The notes below the pieces were generated by a model. The model was given only the letters and a program-made list of their open reading frames with translations, ran no database searches and had not been told where the DNA came from. Positions 8,114-17,686 of a stretch of DNA of 32,000 bases are shown here, piece after piece; the stretch's first letter is position 1, and each line of letters starts with the position of its first letter. The translations under genes were made by a program, and so were the position numbers. The stretch covers positions 270,001 to 302,000 of the forward strand of contig CP064993.1 in the NCBI GenBank assembly GCA_016699955.1, written 5' to 3'. The stretch is from Candidatus Saccharimonadota bacterium. GTDB lineage: Bacteria > Patescibacteriota > Saccharimonadia > Saccharimonadales > UBA4665.

Positions 8114-9985
8114 TTAGTACAGAGCGGCTTCTTTGGGGAGGCGAGAGCCTTCAAACAATTCGGCGACATCTGCGGCGTCAACAGTTTCTTTCTCGAGCAG
8201 AGCGTCCTTGAGCTTCTTTAGCTGACGCATGTTGGCCTTAATGACGGCGCGGGCACGATTTGCTGCTTCGGTAATCAGCGCTTTGACTTCATCATCGATA
8301 AGTTTTGCGGTCTCGTCAGAGTATTCGCGCTCATGCATAATACGCTCCATCATGATGCCTTCTTCGGAATGAAATACCTGATCACGCAATTTTGTCCCCA
8401 TTCCTTGTTGGGTAATCATATCGCGCGCAAGTTCGGCCGCTTTTTGTAGGTCATTACCTGCCCCTGTCGTTACGCGCTCAAATCCGTATACCACCTCTTC
8501 GGCAATTCGCCCGCCAAGCATACGCGCCAAGACATCTTTGTATTCGAGAATACTGTGGTAGCTTTTGTCTTCTGGGGGGATAAACCATGTCACGCCGCCG
8601 GTGCCGCCGCGCGGGATGATGGTAACCTTGTGCACAACATCACTATCGGGGAGCACGTGTCCCACGATGGCGTGTCCTGCCTCGTGAAATGCTGTCAGCT
8701 CTTTTTCTTTTTCGCTCATTACTTTGCTTTTACGCTCTGGGCCGATTGCAACGCGCTCAAAGGCTTCGGTTACATCTTCTTGTGTTACCTGGCTGTGGTT
8801 GTTTCGAGCAGCAATAATCGCTGCTTCGTTGGCAATGTTTGCGAGGTCGGCGCCAGAAGAACCAGCGGTCTTTGCGGCCAACGAATCGAGGTCTACCGTT
8901 TTGGCAAGTGGCTTGTCTTTGAAATGGATCTGGAGCACTGCCAAGCGATCAGCTCGTTCCGGCAGGCCAATCATGACACGGCGATCAAACCTCCCTGGAC
9001 GTAGGAGAGCTGGGTCGAGCACATCAGCTCGGTTAGTTGCGGCCAGAACAATAACATTCTGTTCTTGTTCAAAACCATCCATTTCTACCAGAATCTGGTT
9101 CAGTGTTTGCTCACGTTCGTCGTGTCCACCACCCATACCGGAGCCACGGCGGCGTCCAACGGCGTCGATTTCATCGACAAATATAATACATGGGGCATTC
9201 TTTTTTGCTTTGGCAAACAAGTCGCGCACACGAGAAGCCCCTACGCCAACAAACATTTCTACAAACTCAGAACCTGAAATACTAAAGAACGGCACGCCTG
9301 CTTCGCCTGCCACCGCTCGTGCCAACATGGTTTTACCGGTACCAGGAGGGCCGACGAGTAAAACACCCGTTGGGATTTTGGCGCCAAGTGCAGAAAACTT
9401 TTTTGGGAACTTAAGAAACTCTACCACTTCTTCGAGATCTTGTTTTGCTTCGTTTTGGCCGGCAATGTTCTTAAATGTTACTTTGTCTTTTTCGTTGCCG
9501 TACAGCCGGGCGCGTGATTTTCCAAAGCTTAGCGCCTGATTGCCCTGCCCCTGGGCACTGCGCATCATCCATATCAGCAGAGCGCCTATCAGCAGAACCG
9601 GAACAATAGTAGTCAACCCAAAACCTATTAGACTGGAGGTTGTTGAGCTTGATGGCTTGGCGGTAATTTTTACCTTGTCCTTCTTGATACCCTCATCAGC
9701 GGTGGTCGAACCTTCTTCTAGGCGTGATTTCAGGGTTGGTTCCTTGTCACCTGTCTTAGTAATACTGAGTTCCTGGCCGTGTACTTCGATTTCATCATAT
9801 TTACCTGCATTCGCATCTTGAACGACCTGAGAAATAGGTATCTCTTTAAGTGCTGTCGGCTGGTTCATGGCCGAAAATGCTATGATTGCGAACAATGATA
9901 TTAGTGCGACGAACCCAATATTTTTCCCGGTCTGCTTGCCCGCCGGCCGCTTCCCGTTTGTGTGACGAGTTGGTTTGTTCTCCAT
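8114..9985 (-). CDS. ftsH: ATP-dependent zinc metalloprotease FtsH
   Basis: Contains Walker A GPPGTGKT, Walker B IIFVDEID, the SRH region, zinc motif HEAGHA and two N-terminal TM segments. Confidence 0.95.
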   Translation of the reverse strand: MENKPTRHTNGKRPAGKQTGKNIGFVALISLFAIIAFSAMNQPTALKEIPISQVVQDANAGKYDEIEVHGQELSITKTGDKEPTLKSRLEEGSTTADEGIKKDKVKITAKPSSSTTSSLIGFGLTTIVPVLLIGALLIWMMRSAQGQGNQALSFGKSRARLYGNEKDKVTFKNIAGQNEAKQDLEEVVEFLKFPKKFSALGAKIPTGVLLVGPPGTGKTMLARAVAGEAGVPFFSISGSEFVEMFVGVGASRVRDLFAKAKKNAPCIIFVDEIDAVGRRRGSGMGGGHDEREQTLNQILVEMDGFEQEQNVIVLAATNRADVLDPALLRPGRFDRRVMIGLPERADRLAVLQIHFKDKPLAKTVDLDSLAAKTAGSSGADLANIANEAAIIAARNNHSQVTQEDVTEAFERVAIGPERKSKVMSEKEKELTAFHEAGHAIVGHVLPDSDVVHKVTIIPRGGTGGVTWFIPPEDKSYHSILEYKDVLARMLGGRIAEEVVYGFERVTTGAGNDLQKAAELARDMITQQGMGTKLRDQVFHSEEGIMMERIMHEREYSDETAKLIDDEVKALITEAANRARAVIKANMRQLKKLKDALLEKETVDAADVAELFEGSRLPKEAALY

Positions 9986-10123
9986 GTCGAACCAGTATAC
10001 AACAGATGTGACGTAGATGCGACTTTTTAGCAGCTGACATTGTTATGTTTTCATCTACGATTTTAGCTGGGATAGAGCTAAAAACAGAGGGACACTTAAC
10101 TTGGTTTGCGAGAGTATAATTCT

Positions 10124-12118
10124 CTAGTTTTCGTCACGCATGTCGCGGATGGGATTACGGCGAATGTTGGTCATCAGTGGCAAGGCTGTACTAAGGATTG
10201 CTGCAGCTGCTATTAATCCAATGATAATAGCAGCGTACTGAAAATCAAAACCGTAAAAACTAAACTGTTTATGAATATCTTGAGCGTTGTAAGCCAAAAC
10301 TGCCGAGACAGAAGCATCAGGTGAGAGCTTATGATCAAGCAGCAGCGCACCAACTGATCCAATAGTAAACGAAATCAGCACAATAAATATTCCGATAAAT
10401 AAGCTGTACGTCAGATATATTTGAGCTATAGCGAAACGCGTCGCACCAAGTGCCCGGAAAACAGCAGTTTCGCGCCGGCTGTCGGCAATTATCTTGCCAA
10501 CTATTCCCATGAGTACCAGGCTTGCTATCAAGAGCACCGCCGGCGCAACGTAACGCATAACCTTCCAAACACCCCGGCGCATATCCTCAATGGCGCTGGC
10601 GTTATTTCCGAAAGGTGCTATGTCAAAATATTTACCCATTTTGTAGCAATCAACCACGCGGGGGTCGCTCTGCCCAGGCTTGGGCATGTCCGACATATTA
10701 CTTAACATAACCTTACTATCACAGCTGAATTCTTCGGCGAATTGTTTGGCCGCTGTTAAGCTGGCAAATTCTGCGTAATATACTTGCTCGGCATTTGTTT
10801 TTTTGGCAATACTGGGCTGAATTTTGGCGGCAATTGAACCATCGGTTATGGCCTCTGACGGAGAAAACCATCCCTGACCCAATCCTGTCTGAAGAACGCT
10901 TTCTATAATACTACGGGCACTAAAGCCTTGCTGATACGATAAATCCTGCGAAAAGCCGACAATTCTAACTTTTAAAATCCCCTGCGTCGGTTCTTGGTAG
11001 TTTTCGTACTGTTTTTTGAATGAAAGTTCATCGGCAGCTTGTTTTTTCTCGTCGTACGAACGAGTATCTTTCTTGAGCGTTACTTCTCCACACGGATCGA
11101 CCGGTATAGCATACTGTAAACTAGGTGCCGTATAGCCTGCTTTGCCTTTGTTGGCTGCCATATCTTTGGCTTGGCTTTTTGCTTGCTCAAGCAAGTTAGA
11201 ACTCGTGCCATTGCGATAGCATAGCGATGTTGTTTTGCCGGCAATGTCCCGGCGGAGCGTTACTAGTCTTTCTAGCCTTTGTTGGGTTGTCGCGGTGGCT
11301 GGTAGATTTGGCATGCCTAGTACTTGCTCGGCGGCACTGATAGGAGCAATCACCGGCACGTCACCCTCTTTGCCTAAGGCCAAGTTTTGACCGGGCAAAA
11401 CAAATGGTGTCAAAAGGCTACTATTGAAATACGTCCAGCCAAGCGTCGTCAGGGTTGCGACACCCCTTGGTTCGGTAGAATAGTTGCCACTAGCTTTAGT
11501 TTGATCATAGGCTAGCTCTTTACCTTCAATGATTGGTACCACAGAAGCATCACCTAGCCCAGGTGACACACCGAAATTACCCATATTTACACCACCGGAA
11601 CTTTTATACAACTGCTTCGCACCGCTATTATTTGCTAAATTAGAAAAATCGTCAAAACCTATGTGTTTAATACTCCGGACATATGCGTCTAGCGCTGCTT
11701 TTGTCTCTGGGTGGCTAGGGTTAAGGAAGTAATCTGTGCCACCATTAGCATTTTTATATTCGCTGACTGGTAAATTCATGTCATTTGCTGGGTCGTAATT
11801 CTGGTTTAGCCGTTTGGCAGCCGCCTTTTTTTCTGCCTTTAGTGTTGCTGTTCGTGCTTTGAGAGTATCGAATATTTCGGGCGTTCCCGTATTCATGACC
11901 ATATTGTCAACTATTGGTCGCGCTTGAACAATGAAGCGACTACCTAGCCCTTCCGTGCCGAAAGATTGGGCGCTCCGTGCTGCACCTGTCAGCATGGAGA
12001 GTACCAAAACAATTCCAGCAAAAAGCAATGAAGCTATGACCACAATTATGCCAGTACGTATCCTATGAGTACGCAGTTTGGCGGCTGCCAACTGAACGCT
12101 ATCGCGAAGTGTCATCAT
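10124..12118 (-). CDS. ABC transporter permease, FtsX/MacB type, with a large extracytoplasmic domain
   Basis: 664 aa. It has an N-terminal TM, a roughly 480-aa extracellular region and a C-terminal FtsX-like 3-TM bundle (RRETAVFRALGATRFAIAQIYL...). Its start overlaps the upstream ATPase stop (ATGA at 12115-12118). Confidence 0.8.
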   Translation of the reverse strand: MMTLRDSVQLAAAKLRTHRIRTGIIVVIASLLFAGIVLVLSMLTGAARSAQSFGTEGLGSRFIVQARPIVDNMVMNTGTPEIFDTLKARTATLKAEKKAAAKRLNQNYDPANDMNLPVSEYKNANGGTDYFLNPSHPETKAALDAYVRSIKHIGFDDFSNLANNSGAKQLYKSSGGVNMGNFGVSPGLGDASVVPIIEGKELAYDQTKASGNYSTEPRGVATLTTLGWTYFNSSLLTPFVLPGQNLALGKEGDVPVIAPISAAEQVLGMPNLPATATTQQRLERLVTLRRDIAGKTTSLCYRNGTSSNLLEQAKSQAKDMAANKGKAGYTAPSLQYAIPVDPCGEVTLKKDTRSYDEKKQAADELSFKKQYENYQEPTQGILKVRIVGFSQDLSYQQGFSARSIIESVLQTGLGQGWFSPSEAITDGSIAAKIQPSIAKKTNAEQVYYAEFASLTAAKQFAEEFSCDSKVMLSNMSDMPKPGQSDPRVVDCYKMGKYFDIAPFGNNASAIEDMRRGVWKVMRYVAPAVLLIASLVLMGIVGKIIADSRRETAVFRALGATRFAIAQIYLTYSLFIGIFIVLISFTIGSVGALLLDHKLSPDASVSAVLAYNAQDIHKQFSFYGFDFQYAAIIIGLIAAAAILSTALPLMTNIRRNPIRDMRDEN

Positions 12119-12960
12119 GATGCTATTGCCCCGTCAGACATGTGAACTGACCGGTCAGCCATACCAGCTAGCGCCAAGTCGTGAGTAACAACTATTACAG
12201 TAGTCCCTCGTTCATCACGGATTTGCTTGAAAAGGTCAAAAATGGCGGTGGCATTGGTGTGGTCAAGATTGCCAGTCGGTTCGTCGGCTAGCAAAATATC
12301 AGGGTCGTTTTGCAGCGCCCGAGCAATAGCTGCCCGCTGCATTTGCCCGCCAGAAAGCTCCCTTGGGTAGTGCCTAAGTCTATCTCCCAAGCCAACCGTT
12401 GTAGCCAGTTCAGAACTCTTTTTTTTGCGAAGTAGCCTTTTGGTACGAGCAAACATAGCCGGTACTTCTAGATTGGATTGAAGCCGTAAAAATGGCTGCA
12501 GGTAGAAAAACTGAAACACAAAGCCAATGGTTCGGTTGCGGAATCGTGAGAGTTTACCGTCGCGCAGCTTATTTAGGTCTTGGTCATGGACAACAATGGA
12601 GCCTTGAGAGGGCTTGTCCAGCCCGCCAATGAGCTGTAGCAGAGTGCTTTTGCCGCTGCCGCTTGTACCGGTAACGGCGACGAATTCACCCTTATGAATG
12701 TTGAGGCTGACTTCTTTGAGTGCCTCGATGTGTGTTTTGCCCATCTTGTATGTTTTACCGACATTATTGACCTGGACGACTATTTCATCATTTTTCGGCT
12801 TATAGGTTTGCGCCTGACGAGCGGTTTGCGCGGCAATCTTTAGCTCGTGCAGGGCAGCCTTGGCATCACCACCACACGCGTTGAGAAGTTCGGCTGCATA
12901 TGCCTGCCTTGTTTCTGACTCATCCACCCGTTGCATAAGCCTAGTATGCACGACCGACAC
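12115..12960 (-). CDS. ABC transporter ATP-binding protein (MacB/LolD-like)
   Basis: Walker A GTSGSGKST, signature LSGGQMQR, Walker B ILLADEPT, H-loop VTHD. There is a roughly 60-aa N-terminal extension. The GTG start at 12960 is uncertain, with an alternative ATG at 12936. Confidence 0.9.
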   Translation of the reverse strand: MSVVHTRLMQRVDESETRQAYAAELLNACGGDAKAALHELKIAAQTARQAQTYKPKNDEIVVQVNNVGKTYKMGKTHIEALKEVSLNIHKGEFVAVTGTSGSGKSTLLQLIGGLDKPSQGSIVVHDQDLNKLRDGKLSRFRNRTIGFVFQFFYLQPFLRLQSNLEVPAMFARTKRLLRKKKSSELATTVGLGDRLRHYPRELSGGQMQRAAIARALQNDPDILLADEPTGNLDHTNATAIFDLFKQIRDERGTTVIVVTHDLALAGMADRSVHMSDGAIAS

Positions 12961-13190
12961 AAAAGTGGCAATAAGTGTTTTTATACTACTCCTAACGACC
13001 CTTCATTATCCGCGTACTGTCAACTTCTCCCTTCCTTAATTTGCCCCAACCAAACACAATAAATTTGAGTTTACTTATTGTTACGGTCGTCATAATTGGT
13101 ATGCTGGGCGTAAGCGCAGAGCTCTAAACGCCCCTGAAGGTTTCGCTCGCAAAGTTTGGGCATAACACGGTGTATGATTTGACGTCTAGC

Positions 13191-14096
13191 TTATGTGGTG
13201 GGACCTCGGAGTGAGGCATTTGTACGTGATAGATGTAACGAATAATTATTTGCAATGTCGACATGCGAGTTGTTTCGGCCGATACGAATAGCATTGTCGA
13301 GGCGTAAGATTAGTTTTGTTGTGACGCCGGTAGCTGTGTGGCGGCGAATCCATTCCGCCAGCACCTCACGAGCGACTTCTTTGGGAAGTTCTCGGTAGGC
13401 AAGCCTGTCTATTTCTAGACTCGTCGTATGTTTTTGGAGGTATTGGCTCACAAGGGAATCTATAGCATCGTTGAGTTTTGCTGCCTTTGTACTATGTTCC
13501 AGTAAACGCGACCGCTCCTGATCACTCAGATGCAAGACAACGTGCTTACGGATATAGTTTCGCAAATACGTTTCGTCGGTATTGGTACTGTCTTCACGCC
13601 AGACGAGATTATGCAAACGAGCATAAGAGGTTATCTGTTTTTTTGTCATCCCAAGTAAAGGACGCCGTATATCTTCGCGGGAACGAAGTGAGCTTAGGCC
13701 ACGGCTTTTGGTACCACGCATCCAGTTGATGATAATGGTTTCGATCACATCGTCTTCATGATGTGCCGTTACGATAGCGTCGGCACGAACTGCCCGCTTT
13801 ACTTTTGCCAGAAAACCATAGCGAGCCTCCCGCGCCGCTGCTTCACTTGCCCCCTCACCGAGCTCAGCTCGATCGTAGACAAACGGTAACCCGTATTTTT
13901 TTGCCAGTTTTTGGACAAGCTGCCGGTCTTTTGCGGAGTCTGGACGAATGCCATGGTCAAAATGCGCCACCACTACATTGATCTTTGATGTATCATCTTT
14001 GATCATTTTTTGAGCAAGAAGATGGAGTAGAACTACGCTATCAACTCCTCCGCTTACCGCTACCACATACCGCCCAGCCGGCATATCAATATTCAT
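13191..14096 (-). CDS. tilS: tRNA(Ile)-lysidine synthase TilS
   Basis: PP-loop VAVSGGVDS, HFDHGIR, and TAHH.DD..ET motifs. Confidence 0.9.
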   Translation of the reverse strand: MNIDMPAGRYVVAVSGGVDSVVLLHLLAQKMIKDDTSKINVVVAHFDHGIRPDSAKDRQLVQKLAKKYGLPFVYDRAELGEGASEAAAREARYGFLAKVKRAVRADAIVTAHHEDDVIETIIINWMRGTKSRGLSSLRSREDIRRPLLGMTKKQITSYARLHNLVWREDSTNTDETYLRNYIRKHVVLHLSDQERSRLLEHSTKAAKLNDAIDSLVSQYLQKHTTSLEIDRLAYRELPKEVAREVLAEWIRRHTATGVTTKLILRLDNAIRIGRNNSHVDIANNYSLHLSRTNASLRGPTT

Positions 14097-14111
14097 ATAT
14101 ACTATTGTAAG

Positions 14112-14366
14112 ATGAAACAGCCGTCACTGGAAGAAAGAATTAGTGCACTAGAGACGCGAAATGCGCGGGTCGAGGCAGATAAAGCCTGGGAAACGAGCTA
14201 GCACCGTCGCGTTGCAGTTGCAGTTTTGACCTACCTCACCGTTGTTGTGTACCTGCACTTTGTCATTCATATTAACCCTTGGCTGAACGCTCTCGTGCCC
14301 GTCATAGGATATCTACTTTCTACAATTACTGTCTCGTTCGTGAAACGCGTTTGGCTCAGTAAGTAA
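14112..14366 (+). pseudogene. small conserved membrane protein interrupted by an in-frame TAG (29 aa, TAG, 54 aa)
   Basis: MKQPSLEERISALETRNARVEADKAWETS, then TAG (14199-14201), then HRRVAVAVLTYLTVVVYLHFVIHINPWLNALVPVIGYLLSTITVSFVKRVWLSK, then TAA. Both halves read as one coherent protein: an N-terminal helix with DKAWETS followed by two TM helices. From memory, homologues have Trp (TGG) at the TAG position; this is unverified. Confidence 0.5.
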
Positions 14367-14381
14367 CACCGTGCTTGCTTG

Positions 14382-14424
14382 ATTCATGATTCCGTATTCA
14401 TGATTCAGCACACCATGCTACAAT
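14382..14424 (+). promoter_or_regulatory. promoter region of the TauE gene, with two 11-bp direct repeats (ATTCATGATTC) overlapping the -35 position and an extended -10 (TGcTACAAT)
   Basis: ATTCATGATTC occurs at 14382-14392 and 14396-14406 (14-bp period). TG at 14416-14417 and TACAAT at 14419-14424. The ATG is at 14447. Confidence 0.35.
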
Positions 14425-14446
14425 ATAAACACAAGCGAAACCAAAC

Positions 14447-15208
14447 ATGGAAAAAGACGTCATTATTTTACTCGTGGGCATAGTTGTTGGCGCCATGAAT
14501 GCCATTGCTGGAGGAGGGATGCTAATCGGCTTTCCGGTGCTGTTGGCGCTAGGCGTGCCACCACTCGTCGCAAACGTGACAACCAACATCATCACGCCAT
14601 CTGGGCAGCTTGCGGCAGTTTATGCTTACCGCAACTATCTCCGGCGCATACCTAAACGCTACGTTCTAATATTGCCATTTGTGGCTCTCGGAGCCCTAGC
14701 TGGTGCGCTCACATTACGAGCAATGCCAAGTAGTGACTTTGCCAGCCTCGTGCCGTTACTGATCATGTTTGGCGTGGCGCTTTTTGCCTTTCAACCAGCC
14801 ATACATCTGCACTTGCACACTCATTTGCGTGGCCGAAGTAAGGCGCTCTTGCCAATTATATTGATCGGCGTTGCCCTATTGCCGATTACCTTTTATGGAG
14901 GTTTTTTTGGGGCTGGTTACGGTTTTATTATGCTGGCTTTTTTGGGGCTGGGTAAGGTACACGAGGTTCACATGCTGGCGGCCATGAAAAACGTTTCAGC
15001 AATACTCGTTTCGCTCATTTCGATTTCGGTCTTATACTCGACCGGACTGGTAGATTGGCACGTTGGCGTGGTTATGGCCATTGGAACTACTATAGGTGGC
15101 TACCTTGGCGCCCATGCCGCCCAGAAAGTTTCGTCACATGCACTCCGCATAGTCGTTATTGTCGTCGGCCTCGCCGCAGCTGTCCACCTGGGTCTCAAGA
15201 ACTACTAG
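14447..15208 (+). CDS. sulfite exporter TauE/SafE family membrane protein
   Basis: 253 aa with 7-8 TM segments and Gly-rich repeats (GAMNAIAGGGMLIGFP.L ... GGFFGAGYGF) typical of TauE/SafE (DUF81). Confidence 0.8.
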   Translation: MEKDVIILLVGIVVGAMNAIAGGGMLIGFPVLLALGVPPLVANVTTNIITPSGQLAAVYAYRNYLRRIPKRYVLILPFVALGALAGALTLRAMPSSDFASLVPLLIMFGVALFAFQPAIHLHLHTHLRGRSKALLPIILIGVALLPITFYGGFFGAGYGFIMLAFLGLGKVHEVHMLAAMKNVSAILVSLISISVLYSTGLVDWHVGVVMAIGTTIGGYLGAHAAQKVSSHALRIVVIVVGLAAAVHLGLKNY

Positions 15209-15242
15209 TCAAGATTTCTTCCGTACTCCATACTAATTCAGT

Positions 15243-15493
15243 ATGTGGTATCTCTATGTGCTTATGCACCTTGTTGGCTTGGTTGGTTATAGTTTACTGC
15301 TGCGCAAGTCACTTGTGGCAAAGGCCGACCGCTGGACACAGGCTACAATCATGCAAATAGTTGATTGAGTGTCGTGATCATCATGATACTTGGAGCGCTG
15401 TGGCTGGGCGAGCGCGACCACGCGCGCGAAAAGCTCCAAGCCACCGCACTTGCCGTCGCCGGCCTCACGGTTATACTCATCTCAAAGCTGTAG
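15243..15493 (+). pseudogene. remnant of an EamA/DMT-family transporter (N-terminal about 41 aa and C-terminal about 38 aa; middle deleted; frames disrupted)
   Basis: MWYLYVLMHLVGLVGYSLLLRKSLVAKADRWTQATIMQIVD then stop. In another frame, VIIMILGALWLGERDHAREKLQATALAVAGLTVILISKL then stop. The second piece looks like the conserved last helix pair of EamA domains (LG...LGE......G..L...G). Confidence 0.4.
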
Positions 15494-15544
15494 CGGACTC
15501 TAGCCAACAGATGTTAAACCTGTTACAATCCCCACTGTCTTTAC

Positions 15545-15621
15545 GGCACCATAGCTCAGCTGGTTAGAGCGCAGGACTCATAAGCCTGAGGTCGGTAGTT
15601 CAAGTCTACCTGGTGCTACCA
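15545..15621 (+). tRNA. tRNA with CAU anticodon (elongator Met or lysidine-modified Ile2), encoded CCA
   Basis: GGCACCATAGCTCAGCTGGTTAGAGCGCAGGACTCATAAGCCTGAGGTCGGTAGTTCAAGTCTACCTGGTGCTACCA. It forms a cloverleaf with a G1-U72 pair, loop CUCAUAA and T-loop TTCAAGT. Position 31-39 is an A-G mismatch. I cannot separate Met from Ile2 by eye. Confidence 0.85.
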
Positions 15622-15636
15622 AGTTATAATCCGTTA

Positions 15637-16014
15637 TCAACGAATAATGCGCTGGCCATCAACTACCTTCTTTTTATTTGGGTCTGAGCCAGCAAAATAA
15701 AACGTTGCCAGCGCAAAGCCATCCTTGATAAAGTTTACAGCGACATATGACAGCCAATTATTGATATTTGCTCGTATGACCTCTGTACCACCGTCAATAA
15801 AATCGGCTTTAGCTAGTTTGTTAAGCATATATTTTGCAAATCTTGCAGCACCAGCAGACGCAACAACAGTATTATGTGTGCTCTCTATAGTCTCATTTTT
15901 GAGCATATTATCATGGTCTACAATTACCACAGTTGAACCATCTTGTTTGGTGACTACGGTTGATATTCGGCTGTCACAAGCCACATGAATACGGTCGCAC
16001 AATGTTAATATCAA
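15637..16014 (-). CDS. proteasome-beta/HslV-like Ntn-hydrolase fold protein, apparently C-terminally truncated (125 aa)
   Basis: The N-terminus (M)ILTLCDRIHVACDSRIST resembles the T-x...A-x-D-x-R-x-S/T start of proteasome-type subunits, and ASAGAARFAKYML resembles the G..AD helix. Length is about two-thirds of a normal subunit. TTG start; the ORF ends 15 nt from the tRNA 3' end. Confidence 0.35.
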   Translation of the reverse strand: MILTLCDRIHVACDSRISTVVTKQDGSTVVIVDHDNMLKNETIESTHNTVVASAGAARFAKYMLNKLAKADFIDGGTEVIRANINNWLSYVAVNFIKDGFALATFYFAGSDPNKKKVVDGQRIIR

Positions 16015-16041
16015 CGATAACAGTCGTATCTTTAGATTATA

Positions 16042-16704
16042 ATGAATTACATGAGTAATAAGCCAGATACAGATGATTTAGCAGACTTGACCGAACCTTT
16101 TGCTGACGAGGCTAGTAAACAGCTCCTAAAAAGTTTTGCTGGTGAGCTGATGCCGGATATTCTAGAGAACGTTCCTGTAATAAAAACGGGTGTAGTAATC
16201 GGCAAGCTCTTCAACTCTGCCAAGTCAACTTATCGCGCCAATATGATGGCAAGTTTTTTGCACGGGCTCCAGGCAAATACCAAAACCATGGATGAATACG
16301 AAAAGCTATCCGTGGATGACAAAGCATACATTAGAGGCATCGTAATCTCGCAGCTTGACTTACACACTGACGAGCGGCAGGCCGAGGCATTAGCATTGCT
16401 TGTAGATGCCTACCTTTGGCAGAGAGTTGACCGGCTAACTTTTATTGGTATTGTATCTGAGCTAAAAAATACAAATCCGCTATTGTACTATTTTAACGTC
16501 GATCCCATCAGTTACGGTAATTATAATGGGGTCGTAGTAGCTAAGGGCCCTACATACTTACTACCTTCTGCTTTTGGCAACACAACTTCTATGGGCGTAA
16601 ATACATACGACAGTGCGCCAGACACTCAGTTTGTACTCACAAAGCTAGGCAAGGCATTTTTTGAACACGTTTACGACCCTATGGCCACAAAGTACATGAT
16701 ATGA
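16042..16704 (+). CDS. hypothetical protein (220 aa), no family recognised
   Basis: Long ORF divergent from 15637-16014. TATAAT at 16038-16043 overlaps the first ATG, so the second ATG (16051) may be the real, near-leaderless start. Confidence 0.5.
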   Translation: MNYMSNKPDTDDLADLTEPFADEASKQLLKSFAGELMPDILENVPVIKTGVVIGKLFNSAKSTYRANMMASFLHGLQANTKTMDEYEKLSVDDKAYIRGIVISQLDLHTDERQAEALALLVDAYLWQRVDRLTFIGIVSELKNTNPLLYYFNVDPISYGNYNGVVVAKGPTYLLPSAFGNTTSMGVNTYDSAPDTQFVLTKLGKAFFEHVYDPMATKYMI

Positions 16705-16829
16705 GGGCCACTTACCAATAGAGCCAGGTGTCATATCGCTTATGGTTATCCACAGTTCTTAAGGTTAAAGTTGACATTAGGACTTTAACATGTCTTGACT
16801 GTATTGTATACGTTGTGTATACTTATTGG

Positions 16830-16890
16830 TGGATGGCAGTCCTGGGTTGGTCCTCGTTGACCATTGAACCCAAAAAACCATCCTTTTTTT
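16830..16890 (+). ncRNA. candidate small RNA (about 60 nt) with near-consensus promoter and intrinsic terminator
   Basis: TTGACT (16795-16800), 17-nt spacer, TATACT (16818-16823). Downstream, GGATGG (16831-16836) pairs with CCATCC (16878-16883) and encloses an inner hairpin (16844-16871). A T7 run follows directly (16884-16890). No credible ORF. The unit ends 8 nt before the convergent DUF3800 stop codon. Confidence 0.5.
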
Positions 16891-16897
16891 ATGACCT

Positions 16898-17686
16898 TCA
16901 TTTGTTTAACTCTGTAGTTTTATCACTTATTTCAAACCGGTGACCGTACTTACGCTTTACCATAACATTGTCCGCTAGGCTATCTACGCCTAGGTGCGCT
17001 TGTAAGTGCTTAACTATTTCTAGCTTACCTGGGTTGGGCTGCGTATCTAACAGACCGTGCTTGAGCTTAAACGCATAGGCTACAGTGCCTAGGAGAACAT
17101 CAGCGACCTGCAGTTCAGCGAAAGCATGAGACTCCGCGCGACTCATACCAAACAAGGCATTACGTCTGTGCTTACCCCTTAAATATGCACGTATTTCGCT
17201 TTCAAAATTATCATCAACCTGAGTAGAGATATCATCTGCAATAACAGCAATATAATCACTCTGCGTGTACTTGCCTTTATCTAAGGCACTGCTGATCAAA
17301 CGGGCTGATATGCGATTATAGACCTTATAAACCTCACCCGTTACATGTAAATCAGCTCTAAAGTTGTCCCTTAAATAAATTCGGGCGGTAAATCTGGCAT
17401 TAACTGACTCAAAATACACGTCGAGTAATTTCTTATACAAAGGTAGGCTGTTAATACGTACGTTAGAAAATTTGAATTCGCCTTTATAGTTTAACTGGCT
17501 ACGCAGATCACTAACCCTTTTGTGTAGTATGCGCGGTGAGGGTGTGACTAACAGGCCCATGCCAAAAATACCGGATGTTGGTGAACCGAGAGAACCGGTC
17601 TCATCCAAATAACCCCATACGCACATTTGCCCTTTTGGTCCTGTTGTTGATTGACTCATGCAATAATTGTAAGTTATTCTATGCAA
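16898..17686 (-). CDS. DUF3800-like protein
   Basis: The N-terminal VWGYLDETGSLG matches the (I/Y).DESG start typical of DUF3800. Length about 240-260 aa. Alternative starts at 17659 and 17626. Confidence 0.55.
   Translation of the reverse strand: MHRITYNYCMSQSTTGPKGQMCVWGYLDETGSLGSPTSGIFGMGLLVTPSPRILHKRVSDLRSQLNYKGEFKFSNVRINSLPLYKKLLDVYFESVNARFTARIYLRDNFRADLHVTGEVYKVYNRISARLISSALDKGKYTQSDYIAVIADDISTQVDDNFESEIRAYLRGKHRRNALFGMSRAESHAFAELQVADVLLGTVAYAFKLKHGLLDTQPNPGKLEIVKHLQAHLGVDSLADNVMVKRKYGHRFEISDKTTELNK

Noticed and set aside
8724-9539. 271-aa plus-strand ORF (and similar ORFs at 8555-9004, 9065-9277 and 9540-9821) inside ftsH
   Set aside because: These are antisense shadow ORFs within a strongly supported FtsH gene. 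Their composition is Ser/Arg/Ala-rich and they contain no motifs. The same reasoning applies to the shadow ORFs inside grpE, hrcA, lepA, murJ, the ABC genes, the SDR, GT, LCP and membrane-protein genes.
13000-13190. 33-codon minus-strand ORF (MTTVTISKLKFIVFGWGKLRKGEVDSTRIMKGR) between tilS and the ABC operon, considered as an hpt remnant
   Set aside because: It has no RBS and no recognisable Hpt motif. It is too short to judge.
42-14201. Idea that TAG is reassigned or suppressed genome-wide, possibly by the odd tRNA whose loop contains CUAG
   Set aside because: TAG terminates several well-delimited genes here (stops at 3331-3333, 10124-10126 and 15206-15208) with normal C-termini. The two in-frame TAGs would correspond to different amino acids (Tyr-like and Trp-like positions). 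In the tRNA-like gene, CUA sits at loop positions 1-3, not 34-36 after U33. Nonsense mutation or base-call error is more parsimonious.
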